Shown piece after piece: positions 39,259 to 54,550 of a stretch of 64,000 nucleotides of DNA; positions within the stretch are counted from its first letter, which is position 1; the number at the start of each line of letters is the position of its first letter. Below the pieces are notes generated by a model that ran no database searches, was not told the origin of the DNA, and was given only the letters and a program-made list of their open reading frames with translations. The DNA is from the human T2T-CHM13v2.0 reference genome, Homo sapiens, in the NCBI RefSeq assembly GCF_009914755.1, contig NC_060935.1. The stretch is one strand, 5' to 3'. The translations under genes and the position numbers were made by a program.

Positions 39259-41576
39259 ACACCCCAATCCTTGCCACATCTCTGAGATCTAACTTGATGC
39301 CACTCCCTGTTTGCTTCTTCCTTTTGAACAAATCCATGTTGATGGTCCCTGGCTTTAAATTTTGGTTCCTCTCCATATCACTGAGTCACCCATTCTCTCT
39401 TAAATTGCACACCAGCCAAAGCTCATGGTTAACTCCTAACCAGCCCTTATCAGAGTCCAGGTGTTTCCATGGAGATGGATATTGGAGAGTAATTGTGCAC
39501 CAAAGGATCTGTCATTTTTTTTCTGTGCAGCCAAACTTTGGAGGGTGGCAGATGATGGTCAAGTGACCTTTGGCCCTGAAACCCAAGAATTAGTTCTGTG
39601 AGGAGGCAAGGGGACTGTTGAAGAGAGTAGATTCGATGACATGGCCAGTTCCCAGGGCACCAAATACACCTGGCAAGTTTGCATGCTGCATACAGGCGCC
39701 CAGGCTAGGGGACAAGTGGAGGCTGGAATCCAGCCCAGCTTCTACTGACCACGCCATGTGCCCATGGCTACATTCACCCAAAGGGGGTATCTTTCAGTAG
39801 ATTGCACAAATGTACCCTACAAAGAATCCTAGCAGGTCCTGGTACATGTTAGGGCTCAGTAAAGGTTAATTGAATATTAAATTCTTTATTATCCATACAG
39901 ACAGAAAATAGAAACCATTATGGCTGAAATCATCATAATCTCAACCTACTTCCCTGGGGAAGCAACACAGCAAAGTAATTAAAAGCAGAAGCTTTGGAGT
40001 TAGCCCAGGGTTTGAGCCCCAGTTCTGCCACAACTGTGCTGAATGATCAGAAGCAAGATGGGTAACTTCTCTGAGTTTCCATTTCATCATCTGTACAAGG
40101 GGAATAATTTGGGAGGATTAATGGTGACTATCATAACTACTATCTCCTGAATACCTCCTGTTTCAAGTGCTCTGGGATCTAGCTTTACAGGGAAATAGAC
40201 CTAAGCTCAACAGAGGTAATCAAACATTCATTATTGTAATTGGTATTTATTAAAGTTCTAATGTGTTCTAGGCTCTGGAGGGCTTATGCCATCTATTGAG
40301 AATTTTCTATTTACCAGATAATGTGCTAAGCACTTTGTACACGTGGTCTCATTTATACCCACAACCGCCCTAGGAAGCAGGTACTATTATTATCTGCTTG
40401 CAGGGAACTTACAAACTAGTTAAGAAAGCAGTTGAGATTTAGAGCGTAACAAGATAGGATAGTATGCGCCAGATTGTGGGGTGATCCTACAGGGCTTCCC
40501 TCACCTAGGAGGGCTCCTCAGCCCTGGGAGCCTCCATTATGGATATACAGGGACAGCCCCAGAGTCACCCATTCATTCCTGATGCTGCCACGTAAAGTGG
40601 CACCAAAAACAAAGGTGAGCAAAACATGGACCCTTCCTCAATTTGCCACGACCTAGAGTGGAATTCCTGAATAAGTAAGCTCTGATAGAAAATTATCTCT
40701 GCTACACGTGAGCTTCTCTCCCACAGTTGTCCTTCTGGGTCAGCAAATTCATTTTTCTCTGACAGATGTGTTTTTATAAAGTGGTAGAAATAAAGCTCTG
40801 GTCAAAGTCGGGAGTGATATCAGCTGGGAACAGTGCTGGTCATTCTGAAGAAGCTAATTAACCAATGTAACATTCCTATCAATGACCACTCTCCAGTCCT
40901 GCTTGTTGAATTATTATAGATGAAGCTTCCTGGGGTAAGGAAAAATAGGTTTGGCATTCTGTTCAAGCATCATAACCACCCCCAGCCCTATATAAGGCCT
41001 CAAACAGTTCAGCCTGATTTTTGATGATGATAGGCATATCTTGGACCTGTAAATATTCTAGGACCAGGACCTCCTCCAGCCCCTATATAACTCCAAGACC
41101 CTGTTGGCTGCTACTAGTGTATATTTGATTGTCAGACTCCTCACATTTAGCAATACTTGTGCAAACTTATGCTCCAAGATAGCCCCAGAAACTGTTATAT
41201 TCTGGGAGTTCTGCCTCTACCAAATCCCCAGCCAATTAAAAGGCCACTGTTTACATTACCTTCTCACAGAATTAATTCTTGGGCCTCAGAGTGAAAGATC
41301 ACTTGACCATCATCTGCTACCCTCCAAAATTTGGTCACACAGACAAACAAGGACAAATGCTTTGGTGCACAATTACTCTCCAATATCCATCTCCACAGGG
41401 ACACTTGGGACTCCGAGAAGGACTGGTTAGGAGTTAACCATGAGCTTTGGTGGTGTGAAATTTAAGAGCCAAAATTTAAAGCCAGGGGACCATCAACATG
41501 GATTTGTTCAAAAGAAAGAAGCAAACAGGGAGTGGCATCAAGGAAGAATGCGGAGATATGGCAAGAATTGGGGTGT
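39259..41576. repeat. Inverted repeat: arms 39259-39505 and 41360-41576, about 1.85 kb spacer
   Basis: Reverse-complement match. The ORF track independently shows the shared peptide LMPLPVCFFLLNKSMLMVP on opposite strands. Confidence 0.95.
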
Positions 41577-41833
41577 GGAGGGGTGCTAGGCATTGAAGCC
41601 ACCCGAACAGAGCAGGAAGCACTCTGCTTGGACATTCTTGGCTTCTGTGTAAGTGATGAGGAAGCCATGAAGGTCTTTGAGTAGCTGTGGGCAGCATAAA
41701 GACCACTGAGTATTTACACACACTCAGTAATGGGAGGATCACCCTGATTGCCTTGCGGCAGAACTCATGTGCTTCTACAAACTCAGGTTTTCACGTATTG
41801 TATTTAGATTCCTAGAAAGTCAGAGACAGAAGG

Positions 41834-42576
<743 letters not shown>

Positions 42577-43174
42577 GAAAGAGAAATCACTCCACTGACT
42601 CCACACCATTTATCATGTGGAAAAACATTCCCAGGGAGAGAAAGCAACTTACCCAAGGGACTCCACTAGAGAGTGAGGAGCCTGGGGAGAAGTTGCTGTC
42701 TTCTTTTGCTTGGCCGTGGGACTAATTGCCTCAATAAAAGAACAGGTCATGATGTCTGCTAGCCTCAACATCCTGGATAGTGGAATGTAAACATTGGCTA
42801 AAACTTCTGAGGTCATTCAGATGGGTTCTCTAATTTCACAAATGGGGAAACAGAGACTGCTTATCTTGCCATCATTCTAGTTACAAATGCCAGTGGATCA
42901 CATCTCCAACTAGCCAAATACTTTCAGGGCCCCTACACAGCACAGCAGGCCCCAGTATGACCCCTGCAGATGGTTGACTACCCAGATGGTGAAGCACTGC
43001 TTCCTGATGACACAGAGACTTGGGTTTAGAGAAAGTCTCAATGGCCAAAGGGCAGTCCTAGGGTCAGGGCTGCTGAACATAACCAGATAAAATGTTTAAT
43101 TTGTCTGGAAATCCACGCATCACTTTTGGGGAGCAATTCTCGTTGCTCTTTCTATCGCCAGCCTGGACTTTTGC

Positions 43175-43207
<33 letters not shown>

Positions 43208-43879
43208 GATGTGGATTGGAAATTCAAACTCCAGTCTGTCCTTGTCTTTTTCCTTCCTCTACCCTAGTCTATCTGTTACTAAAGTAATCTCTTACAAGAG
43301 TTACATTCCCAAGTCTCATCTTTCAACCTCCCCACAATGATTTCCCGACCCAGCCACCTACTGATTTCAACTCCACCCTAGTTCCAGATTGGCTTGTGGG
43401 TTCTCAGCCATTCACCTGCCCATTTCCATTACCCTAAGCCCCAAACCCCGCAAGTGCTGCCTGGTCATCAATTCCCTCAGCATTCAGTTACCCCACTCTG
43501 AAAATTTCTGAGTCAGAGAAGGGCAGAAAAAACTCAAGAATTCTTCTGGAATTGAGGGATTATCTTTTACTTCTGTAAAAATGTTCAGAAGAAGCCCTTG
43601 TCTCTTTTAAGAAGACTTTAAATCTTGTTACACAAGGAACAGATGTAGTCAGGACTTTATACCAACAGAATCATGATCCTTGGTATTTTAATAAGCCTCT
43701 CTGTTTTGAAAATTCTTCAGCAGGAATCACCCTATGCACTCTTCCTAACAGCCACTAGGGTTCCTTCAGTAACACAATGAGGCTTGGAGAAACAACATAT
43801 TTGCTCAGATGTTTTTCTGCTGCTCTTCTTACTATAGCAGGGCCTGCCGTGTGTTTACCTTTTCCTGCAGACTCCTAAG

Positions 43880-44215
43880 AGGATCTCATCTCTAGCCTCC
43901 CTTGCCACACGTGTTCTAGCCAAAGGAATATGAGGGAAGTGATGCATGCCACTTCTAAGTCTGGTTCATGAAACAGCAGAGACTCTACTGTCTCTCTCTT
44001 CTCATCTGCCAGCTAAATGAAGACTTCAAGAATCTTCAGGAGGGCAGAGCCACCAGATGGAGGGATCCTGAGTCTATAAGTCATAACTTGGAAAAGAGCT
44101 GACCACGAACACCATTGTGGACTGTTGCAACAGTGAGAAACAAATTTTTACTGGGTTAAACTCTAGACATGTGGGGGTAATTTGTTGTATCAGCTAGCCT
44201 ACTTTGACTAATACA
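43880..44215 (+). mobile_element. Old MLT1 LTR fragment
   Basis: ...gtgagaaacaaattttta...atttgttgtatcagctagcctactttgactaataca. Confidence 0.6.
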
Positions 44216-44309
44216 TTACTCTATTTTTCAGAGAGAGTAACCTAAAGTCAATAATCTAAAGTCAATTCAAGACAGAATAATCTTTAAGAATCTATTTATA
44301 ATGAAAGCA

Positions 44310-44940
44310 TCTTGAGAATAACAGATGGTGAGAAAATATTTGCAATGTATTTCATAGTCAAGTAGTTACTATGACTAAAGAACAAAGAGTTCTAAATATA
44401 TCAAAGGATATAAACATAATTCACAGAATTACAAATGACTCATAAATGTATAAAAAGATGTTCAACTTCATTAGTGATCTGAGAAATGCAAATTAAAATA
44501 GCAAGGAGATGTAATTTTTCACCAGATTAGAATAGATTAGATTATCTTGATAATTATTCAGTATAGGCAAGGGGTTGGGGAAAAGAGCATTCCCAGATAC
44601 TTTTAATAGGATTGTAAATTGCTGTAATGTTTTGAACATTTGCCTCTATCTATCAAAACACAAAATGTGCTTTTTATCAAAATGTGAAATGCATGTACCC
44701 TTTGCCTCAACAATCACAATTCTAGGAATATTTACATAAGGGCACAAGGATAGATGTTAAAGGATTATTCATTGAAGCATTACTCGTAACATCAAGAACC
44801 CACCTAAATAATTATCAATATGAGAATAGTTAAATAAATGTTGCTACATCCACCTGTACCACATGAGACATTATACAGCTGTTGAAGAATGTAGAAACTG
44901 TCATGCCAGTGAAAAAGGCAAGTTTAGAGACATAAATGAG
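44310..44940 (+). mobile_element. Old L1 (L1ME-like) fragment
   Basis: aaaagatgttcaacttcattagtgatctgagaaatgcaaattaaaa... Confidence 0.7.
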
Positions 44941-45425
44941 TATATACGTATATGTTACAGATTACTAGATGGGACTTTTCCTATCACCTTTAAATTCTGC
45001 TAATGCCCAAAGCTAAAAACAGTAAGTGGCAAGTACCTACACATTCTAGTTCTAGTCTCATCCACCCACAGAGGACCTCTACTACCAGGCCCCCTCGCCC
45101 ATCTCCAGGTCATATAAGAAAAGGTTGAGATCCCATAGAGAATTTTTTTTTTGAAGGAAATTCATAGGGGTAGCGTGCATAATCGTGTTTTTCCTCCCTT
45201 TCCCTTCAAACTGAGGGAGATATGCTTCCAGAGAACTACCCATGGACTTTGAGTTTGTCTGCCAGGAGAGACAGCTACATCTCACCCTTCAGCTTAATGC
45301 ATCCTGGGAACAATCCACAAACCCATCACCTGGCGCTACTACCTGAGTGGGGAGCTCTGGGAGAATCTGAATTGTAGCCCCAAGAGTTTGAGAGTTCTGG
45401 ACGGGCAGATAGAAGTGCCTTCTTC

Positions 45426-45731
45426 GGCTGGGCGCGGTGGCTCACACCTGTAATCCCAGCACTTTGGGAGGCCGAGGCTGGCAGATCACGAGGTCAGGAG
45501 ATTGAGACCAGCCTGACCAACATGGTGATACCCCGTGTCTACTAAAAATACAAAAATTAGCCAGATGTGGTGACACGGGCCTGTAATCCCAGCTACTCAG
45601 GAGGTTGAGGCAGGAGAATCGCTTGAACCCTGGAGGCAGAAGTTGCAGAGAGCCGGGATCACCCCACTGCACTCCAGCCTGGGCAACAGAGTGAGACTCT
45701 GCCTAAAAAAAAAAAAAAAAAAAAAAAAAAA
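45426..45731 (+). mobile_element. Alu (AluS-like)
   Basis: Full body, long A tail, TSD aagtgccttc. Confidence 0.92.
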
Positions 45732-48349
45732 AGTGCCTTCCTGTAGCCTAGAGAAGTATAAAGGTGGGAGACTAGCTAAAGTAACTTGTGATTCTGGGGA
45801 GAAGAGAGAGGACAGAGGCAGAGCCCACCTGTACTTGAAAGGTTGTGCATGTCAAGGAGGCATAAGGTTTCCTATGGGTTGAGTCATAGCCACTCCTAAT
45901 ATTTCCAGGGTCCACAACAGGAGTACAAATGGAGGCCCACATACTCTATGTCTAAATAGTTTAAAGTATAAATAAAGCTCAATGAAACATGTTCTATCAT
46001 TCCACCACAACAAATATGTTTTCAAAATGACCTGGAAAGCCAGATCCAAAAAGAAACTTCTAAAAATCCTTGGAGTTATATGCCTATACACAGAGGCATA
46101 ATGAGAGCTGGCCCTGCCAAGCTTCCCTTCTTGTCCCACCCCAGGTTCCTGTTCCCACACACACATACAAGTTCATCCATATACCCAACAAGCAACACCC
46201 CTTGGCAACCCCTTGAGTCTAGGGGTGTACACATCTGCAGTGAGTCCCAGGTGAACCTGGGGAAGAAACCCAAGAGGGCTTTAGAAGAGGCTTTGAGGCC
46301 ATCCAAGCAGAGGATTCAGGAGTCCCATTACCCAAAATGAGGTCTACAGGAGCTGCATGAGCTCAGCTGGGAACATCCTTGTGGATTGCCAAGTTCTCAC
46401 CTGGTCAAAGAGATGCCGGCAAAAGAAAACAAAAGTGGAGTCCTCTAAAGTGTCGGATAAAAGGCTGGCAGCCTTCTTGCCCAAATCTGAGGGAGGACTG
46501 GGCCAAATGAACTCTGTGAACATTGAGTGGGGATAGGAGGCAAGTAGACCCTAGGGTGTACCCTTGGGAGTAGGGCCCAAGTCTTGGGGATAATACTTGC
46601 ATCAAATTGTATATCCTGAAGAGCCAGCATTCAGGCACCTGCCACACAGCACTGCAAGTCAAGTAAGACTTTGCTTTTTTCTTCTAACTCCCTCTTCCCC
46701 ATCCTGGGGGAGCCAAAAGCCACAAAGGACATCAGGGTGTGAAAAGTTTGAAAGAACAGATCACATCACCACTACTCCTCCTTCCCCATCAGCTCAGGAC
46801 TAAGGTGGGTCAGAGGTGGTGGCAGGGGTGGCAGGGAAAGAAATTTTGAACTAGATGAGAGATTGAAGACTTAATGTGTACTGGACTGACTTTTTAATAC
46901 CTGACAGTGATTGGAAATCTATGAGACCACTCAAGATGCCTTCAAGAGATTGAAAAGGGAAATTATTAGAGCATATGTAAAGTAAACATTGGCGTAAATT
47001 GTACTAATTACTGACTGCACCCTACTAAGCCCTTCCCACTCAATAACCATGAAACAGAAAAAACCCAAACCAATTAGTAACACATTTGTATGTCATATAT
47101 AGAAATTTTATGATGGTTCTTGTATTTAGTGGTTACCCAAGAAGAGTAAGCTATAAGAAGGGGGAGAGGTGATTTTGACTTTTTAATTCACACATTCTGA
47201 ATGAATTTTGTTTAAAGGAAATATCTGGAAAGGTTTTGAATAATGTATAATTGCCTCAACTTGCCCAACAAGGCACTGAGAAATTCTCTTCAACCTAGGA
47301 GGAAAAAAATCAAGCCAAACGCGAGACCTAACTTGTGTATTACATAATTCCTCTCCAAATGTTGCCACAAGGCCAAACTCTATGATTTTCCTAGGAAAAA
47401 AGAAGTTGTTTATTATTCCAACTGTTGCCATAGCAGTCAGTGTTTCCATATCACCATCCTTTTCTCTCCAGACATTACTCCACTAATACATGTTCCAGAC
47501 CTGCAATTCCAGGCATTTCAGCCAGAAGGAAATATCCTTGTGCTGTTGTAAAAATCAACTGAGAAGGCCAGCCCTGTAGTTGTCGTCTAAGTTCCAGCAT
47601 TTTCAGTCACTGCCTCAGTGAGGAAGAAAAAGTGGAGTCTGTCTCTAGACTCAGCAGGGTGGGATCCTGAAGAATTTTATCCAACCCCATGATCCAAGGC
47701 TGGCAGCCCACTCTCCTCCACCTTTGGGACCCCTTTGGTCCCAGCCATTAGAACAGAGCTAGCCTCCTTAAGAAGAGTAAAAGAAGAATATAGAAACCTA
47801 GAGATCTGTTATTTGAAAGCTCAACCCTGGTTATATCTATGTTAGTATAATGAAATAAAGAATCAGGGCAATTCTTCAATTCTCATCAAATATCTGTTGT
47901 CTGGTATCACCAAGTCTCCCAGCCTTAGCGGCATGGTGTGGCCCTTTCATTTATCATTCAAATAGAACAGTAAATGAATTGGCAATCAGAATCAACACCA
48001 TTACCCAAATAACTCTGAGGATTCTTTGGGGCCTTACATTTCTCCTGGTCACCTCTTACCCTGATTTTGCATTTCTGTCAAATGATCTCTCTCCATTCCA
48101 CTCACTTCCTTTGATTCTTGTCTATTCTCTGTCCCTCTTGTGACACACTAAACACCACCCCGCTCCTTCAGCCCTTCCAAGTGCCTTAAAGTTATGTGTA
48201 GCGGACTTTTACTGAAGGTTGTAAGCAACAGAATTACAGCATAGCAAATATAAGAATCAGCTTAAACTTTAATCTCATATGGTTGTATGTGCACAGAGCA
48301 TTCCTGGAAGCATGTGCTACACAGAAGAACATGGGGTCAGGGAGACTCT

Positions 48350-49560
48350 AATTCACCTGGCAAATACTGACTGAGTGCCTAATGTGTGCCAGGCATCGTT
48401 CTAGGTACTTGGAATAAATCAACAAACACAACACACAGAAGGCCCCATGCGGTGGCTCACGCCTATAATCCCAGCATGTTGGGAGGCCAAGGCAGGCAGA
48501 TCACCTGAAGTCAGGCGTTCAAGAGCAGCCTGGTGAACATGGTGAAACCCTGTCTCTACTAAAAATACAAAAATTAGCTGGGGGTGGTGGCAAGCACCTG
48601 TAATCCCAGCTACATGGATTTTATTTCATCGAGGGGAGACAAAATAAACAACAAATAGATAAGTAAACTATATGTTAAAATAGCATACTAAAAATGTTTA
48701 AGGGTAAGTGCTATGTAAGTGCTATAGAACCAGTAAGGGAGCCAGGAGTGCAGGGGGCAGGAGAGTTAGTTTTAAATAGGTGGACAAGAAAGCCTCATTG
48801 GGAAGGTAGCATTTTAGCAAAGACCTGAAGGAGGTGAGAGAAGGAGCCATGAAGATACAAAGGGGAAGAACATTCTCCGTGCGGCAGGCAACAGCTACTG
48901 CAAAGCCCATGAGTCAGAAGTGCGCCTGGTGTGTTAGACTCTGACAGGTAGAGGAACAGCAGGGAGGCCGGTGTGGTTGAAGGAGCATGAATGAAAGGGA
49001 AAGGAGGAGGACAGAGGGTCAGAAGGGTAGGGCTGGCAGGGTCATGATCAGGACTTTGGGGTTTTCTTAGAGTAGGGTGGGGAGCCACTGGAGGGTTTTG
49101 AGCAGAGGAGTAACGTGATCTGACTTGTGTTTTATCAGAAATACTCAGGCTGCAGCATTGCACACAGACTACCATGAGCCAAGAACATACCAGGGAGCCC
49201 AGTTAGAGGACCATTGCAGTAATCAGGGGATGTGGCTCCTACCAAGCTGGTGGCAGATTTCAGATTTACTTTGTCATCAGAATTTCCTAATGGTTGGTGT
49301 GGTGTGAGAAAACGAGAGGAGATAACTGTGGATGGAGTAGGTCTGGGGAGGAATTTCAAAAGTTAAATCTCAAAAACATCAGTGTTGGGGGAGCATCTAT
49401 TAGATACCCAAGTGGAGACATCAAGTAAGTAGCAAATATATGAGTCTGGAGTCTAAGAGAGATATTTGGTGCGGATGTAAAGTCGGGAGCCGTCAATACA
49501 TAACTGAACTTGGAGCCAGGATATCAGAAGAGATCAATGGGGTAGTTAGTATGGATCGTA
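48350..49560 (-). mobile_element. L2 fragment containing a truncated Alu (48441-48613)
   Basis: L2 motifs (gagtgcctaatgtgtgccaggc; ggagccactggagggttttgagcagagg). The Alu ends mid right arm. Confidence 0.75.
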
Positions 49561-50148
49561 CATAAATGGCTATACAGAACATCTGCAGTATTAAAATTTT
49601 ATAGTTGGGGAGAGGCGGTTAAACAATATCAAAAAAGTTTCCTTAAGGAGACACTAATGAAAAAAAGAAAACTTGAGAAATACTGTTTAAAGAGAGAATG
49701 CAAGAAAAGGCACTGGAGGTAGAAGGTAAGCAATGCTCTCATGAGTTTTGCCGCAAAAGAAATCAAATAGCCAAGGACAAAGCAGGGTTCAGAGAAACTC
49801 CCCTAAAATAGCTAATAATGCAAATGTAACTATAGTGCTTATAAAGTGCTTATTCTAGGCCAAATACTGCTCTTAACCCTTTACAGATGTTAACTCAGTT
49901 AGCCTCCTCAAAAACTCCGTAACTAGGTACCACCAACATTGTCCTCATTTTGTAGTTTGGGGAAATTGAAGACAAAGAAGTTAAGGAACTTGATCGCCCA
50001 AGGTCATGCAGCCAGGAAGTGTTAGATCTAAAATCTAAATAAATGCAGTCTGGTTTCTGAATCCAGAATCTGGATTCTGTTAACAGTGTTTTTATCATTT
50101 ACATTTCCTTTACAAAAGCAAATACATACATGTACATGTATTTGCTTT

Positions 50149-50177
50149 TATATATATATAAAATATAAATATATATA

Positions 50178-50216
<39 letters not shown>
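50149..50216 (+). repeat. (TA)n/(CA)n microsatellite
   Basis: About 19 CA units after a TA-rich tract. Confidence 0.95.
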
Positions 50217-50219
<3 letters not shown>

Positions 50220-53200
50220 ATACATTTCCAAAAATTAATATTTGGCATTTCATCCCTAAAATATGTCATTCTCTGATGTGGGGAATTCCTCAATGTTTCC
50301 TTCCTCTTTTGGTCCTTCTCTTTTGGGAGATTTTCTCTCTGCTTTGGCTATCAGCTCCCCCAGCTCTAATTCTTAAGACTTTCTATCCACAGCAATGTAT
50401 GCTTGCCCATCCCGATTCAGCCAAGGGGGTCTTAAATTCCAAGCCAAAAAGTCCATCAAGGCTAATGAAGGTGATTTCCTTCACAGAAGAGCCACCTAAT
50501 TCTAAAACTAAATTAAACATAAATATAGCAAAATGTAAGATATTGAATTAGCCCTTCCCCTGAAAGGTAGAAACGCAGACAGTCATTTTATTTATTAAAT
50601 TACAGCTTTTCCCATGAAAATCCCAACACCCACTCCTCTCAGTAGCATTTCCTTCCACAGGCAATGGCTTAATTAACATAACCCAAAAGTAGTTCAGAGA
50701 AAATTCAAATAAAGCAATCCTTTGCCTTAATTAGATATACTTGTCAAGGAAAACTATATTTGAAGCAAAATTATTTGCATAATTGTCTTAATTCTTTACT
50801 TAATTTAACAGGTTCATAGCAAGTCAGAGGCAAAATTGTTTAATTCTAGTAGATGAGTCCTAACCAGTATCTGTCCATGACAAATTATTTTAATTAGGGT
50901 TCAGTTTGGGAGCAGGGACTTTTTTTTGCTAATCTACACGGGGCAAATGCAACAGATTCATGAGAAAACAAATGACTTTCTGAATGTGCTGTGTATAAGG
51001 CTTTCATGGAGTGCCCTGTGAGCACACACAGTTCCCAGTCTTCCTTTCTGGTCTTCGGGTTTGTGATTCTCAGGGAAAGCATCTCCTCTTACTCTCTTCT
51101 GGAAAGTTCTCCACCAACCTTTGGAGCAACCCTACCCCAGTCAAAAGAAACCAGTCTTGTCCCAGGATCCATCATTCCCCCCACAGCAGGCAGTATCCCC
51201 AAGTGGAATTCATGGAGACTGAGTAGGGGCTGGGGAGAGCTCCAGCAAGATTCAACCCTGTCCTCTGACACTGTAAGGCACATGAAATATCCCAGAACAT
51301 TTCCTGAAATGCTTTTGAAATTGGTGTACAAACGGAAGTTAGAGATAAACTTCATAATTCTCCCTATTGTCCAGCTCCTCCTAACGATCAAAATCAAACA
51401 CATCTACTCACAATTCCAAAGACAAACATCAATTTCAGAGTCAGTACAGTCATCTGATAAGCAGAAATATTTTATTTTTCCCATAATTCTCAATGTATGA
51501 GGCTATCTCTTACATAAAGAAGTGAGTCCTTTCTTTGATTATGCAGAAGTGTGACTTCCTTTCCTCCAACTGCTAACCTCACCCTTTCAAATGGTGTCCT
51601 CAGGTAATTGGCATTGATGAGTGATAGATATCTAAATAACAACCCCCTTAGCTCCAGCCTGAATTTAGAGTAATCATGTGTAAGAACATTCAGGTCTTGG
51701 CTAAGGGCCATTCTCATCCTAGAGGATGCTAAAGATGCTTCCTTTCCTCTGGATGATGTAATTTTTTGTTCTCTAATTGCACTTTTCCCCTTTATCCTTC
51801 ACTCAAGAAGAATATATGAATTGAAATGTGTGGGAATGATATGACTTTATAGATAATCCAGAATCCACTGTAGCTTCTCAATGTAAATCATTAGCTCTTA
51901 TCAGTATTTTGTGATTGACAGTAGATTACTTGTAATATATCTAGCAGCTGATTGCAGGTACATAGCAGTTCTTTGGTTGAGAACTACTGAAATAGAATAG
52001 AGTGAAGGGATATATAGACAAGAAAGAATGGGTCCATAAGTTTAAAGTTATGAACACTGAGCACTAGGTAAGAAGTATCATGGTTAAGAGCTTGATATGT
52101 GGACCCAAACAGAGTCCTTAAACCTGTCCTGTGTTTAGAAACTTTTAAGACTTTAGGCAAGTTACTTAAAACCTTTTGCGACCCTGGGTGTTCTCTTTTT
52201 AAAGGGATAATACAGCATATACCTTACAGCACTGCTGTGAGAATTACAAGCAGTAACATAAGTAAAAGAGAAAGTACAAGGCTAATCCGTAAAGGGATGG
52301 TTGTATCCAATGATCCACAATCCACACAGTCATAATCCTACGGGAGGGAAAGAAGAGGTTGGGCTGAAAGTTTTGCTAAATAGTTTCCATATTATTGATA
52401 AAGAAAACATCTCAATCCATTTGCACATTGCACGGATGTTTTAATTTTAAAAATATGTAGCTGATTTTGCAATAATGCAAAGTTATTTGCCTAGGCCCAT
52501 ATTTATACGATGAGAAATCCATGTTTTGAGACAATAAAGTGGTCCATATATTTTTGTGTTATCTAGATAAGCCATTTTGAAAACATACAGCTTTGAAATC
52601 TGTCTTGAATCCAAGCTAGTTTGAGTAAGTATTTGGAAGTTAAATAAAGTAAAACTTATCCAGAAATCTTGGTACTCAGATAAATAGGTTTTTAAAGAGT
52701 TTTAAATTGTTTTGATTAAAAATTATTTAATTTTTAAATAGTATAAAATTGTTACCAAAATATTTGTCTAAGTGATCTGGTTCCAAAACACATTTTGACA
52801 CTAAACAGGCTTGCACTGCCTTAAAAACCACTTATAAGTAATGAAAACCACATTAAATAGATTCCAAAACAAATAATGTTTAGAAAACCATTCCAAAACC
52901 ACTATTTTGTGAAGCTTTCCAAATTTAATCATTGATGGCAATGACTCTCAAGATTCCAAAAAAACCAGTTACTAGTTGTACGTTTCACGTGTTCAGACTT
53001 TACAAAATATCTTATTCTTTTTCATCCCTGGTTTATTTTAGCCTTTTTTCCTAGAACACCCATGAATGCAAGTATATTTAGCAACCAATAGCGTGCAGAG
53101 GAGAAAGACAGGGCCGGAAAGGACCTGTTTTTGACTGAAGTTCAGGTTTGAATTCCTTCTCTGCAATACACTATCTGTGGTAGCTTGGTATCACTACCCT

Positions 53201-53748
53201 TTTTTGAATTGCAATTTCTTTCTTAGGCCAAATTCCCCCATAAAGCAAAGCCTGGTCAAGAGCTTTCACGCAGGTAGTTTGGGAAATGGTCCGGGGAAAG
53301 GATTAAGAACTGAAAAAAGTAACACAGGAAAAGAGAAAAAGCCATTACAAGGGCTGGAGTTGGCCACTATTGTGGACAATTGGGCCCAACTGTGCAGGTA
53401 CCTTCTGGGGGTCATGTTGAATGCCCCAAGGACAGAGGTGGGGACAGTTCTTGATGGGCTCCATTCTCCCCATAGGCGTACCCTCCCAGATTATACATGC
53501 ATAAGGGCCAGATGGGTTCCTGAAGATTTTCCACGTTAGACAAGCCCCTGAGGTGGAAAGTGAGAGAAGTGAAGTGTGGCCCATATGAGGTGTCATCAGG
53601 CTACACCTGTGCAAGCTGGTTGCTGCGGCAATGGCTGCAATAAATGATGGGCCCAAGAGGATGTGAGGCAGGGCACAAGAGATGTCTCATGAAGTTTCCT
53701 CATCTAAGTAATGGGAGTAAAAGTATTATTTGCAGAACCTATGCTTCA

Positions 53749-54148
<400 letters not shown>

Positions 54149-54447
54149 CTAAAGGAAAAAATTCTGTCCTCTCCATTCCAAACCACCCCCAGCCACCACC
54201 ACAAACTTCTGTACTCTTCTCCTAGTGAGAAGGAGTAGCTTATCTGAACTGCAATCTCAGAAAAAGCACTCTTTTTCAGATTCACCTGACCACTCTTCCT
54301 TCTCTAAGGTGGGGCCTGCCTTCTACAGTATGTACATGCCAGCTGGGCAGAATGAGGCAGGTTTTACCTTCCCTGAAGATGATGGGAGGGAAGGAGACTT
54401 GGGAGGAAAGGAAGAGCAAGGCAGATTCCAGCCACATCCTCCCATCC

Positions 54448-54550
54448 CAATCACAGTACTTGGTTTTTACATCATCCATCCCAGCAGCTGGAAACTGAGT
54501 TCTAGCTATCACCACTAGCAAGGGCTAAAGTGCTCTGTTGTCTTAAATAA
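54448..54550 (+). repeat. 103-bp isolated copy of L1 5'UTR segment 56205-56307
   Basis: caatcacagtacttggtttttacatcatccatccca...taaataa in both, about 7 mismatches. Confidence 0.93.

Noticed and set aside
40980-41092. Repeated ccagccc(c)tatataa motif resembling TATA/CArG boxes
   Set aside because: CC-TATATAA-GG has 7 rather than 6 A/T, so it is not a canonical CArG. No CpG island or downstream exon supports a promoter.
50991-51500. 169-aa ORF with overlapping antisense ORF
   Set aside because: Non-ATG start, no recognisable domain or splice structure; length compatible with chance in 64 kb.
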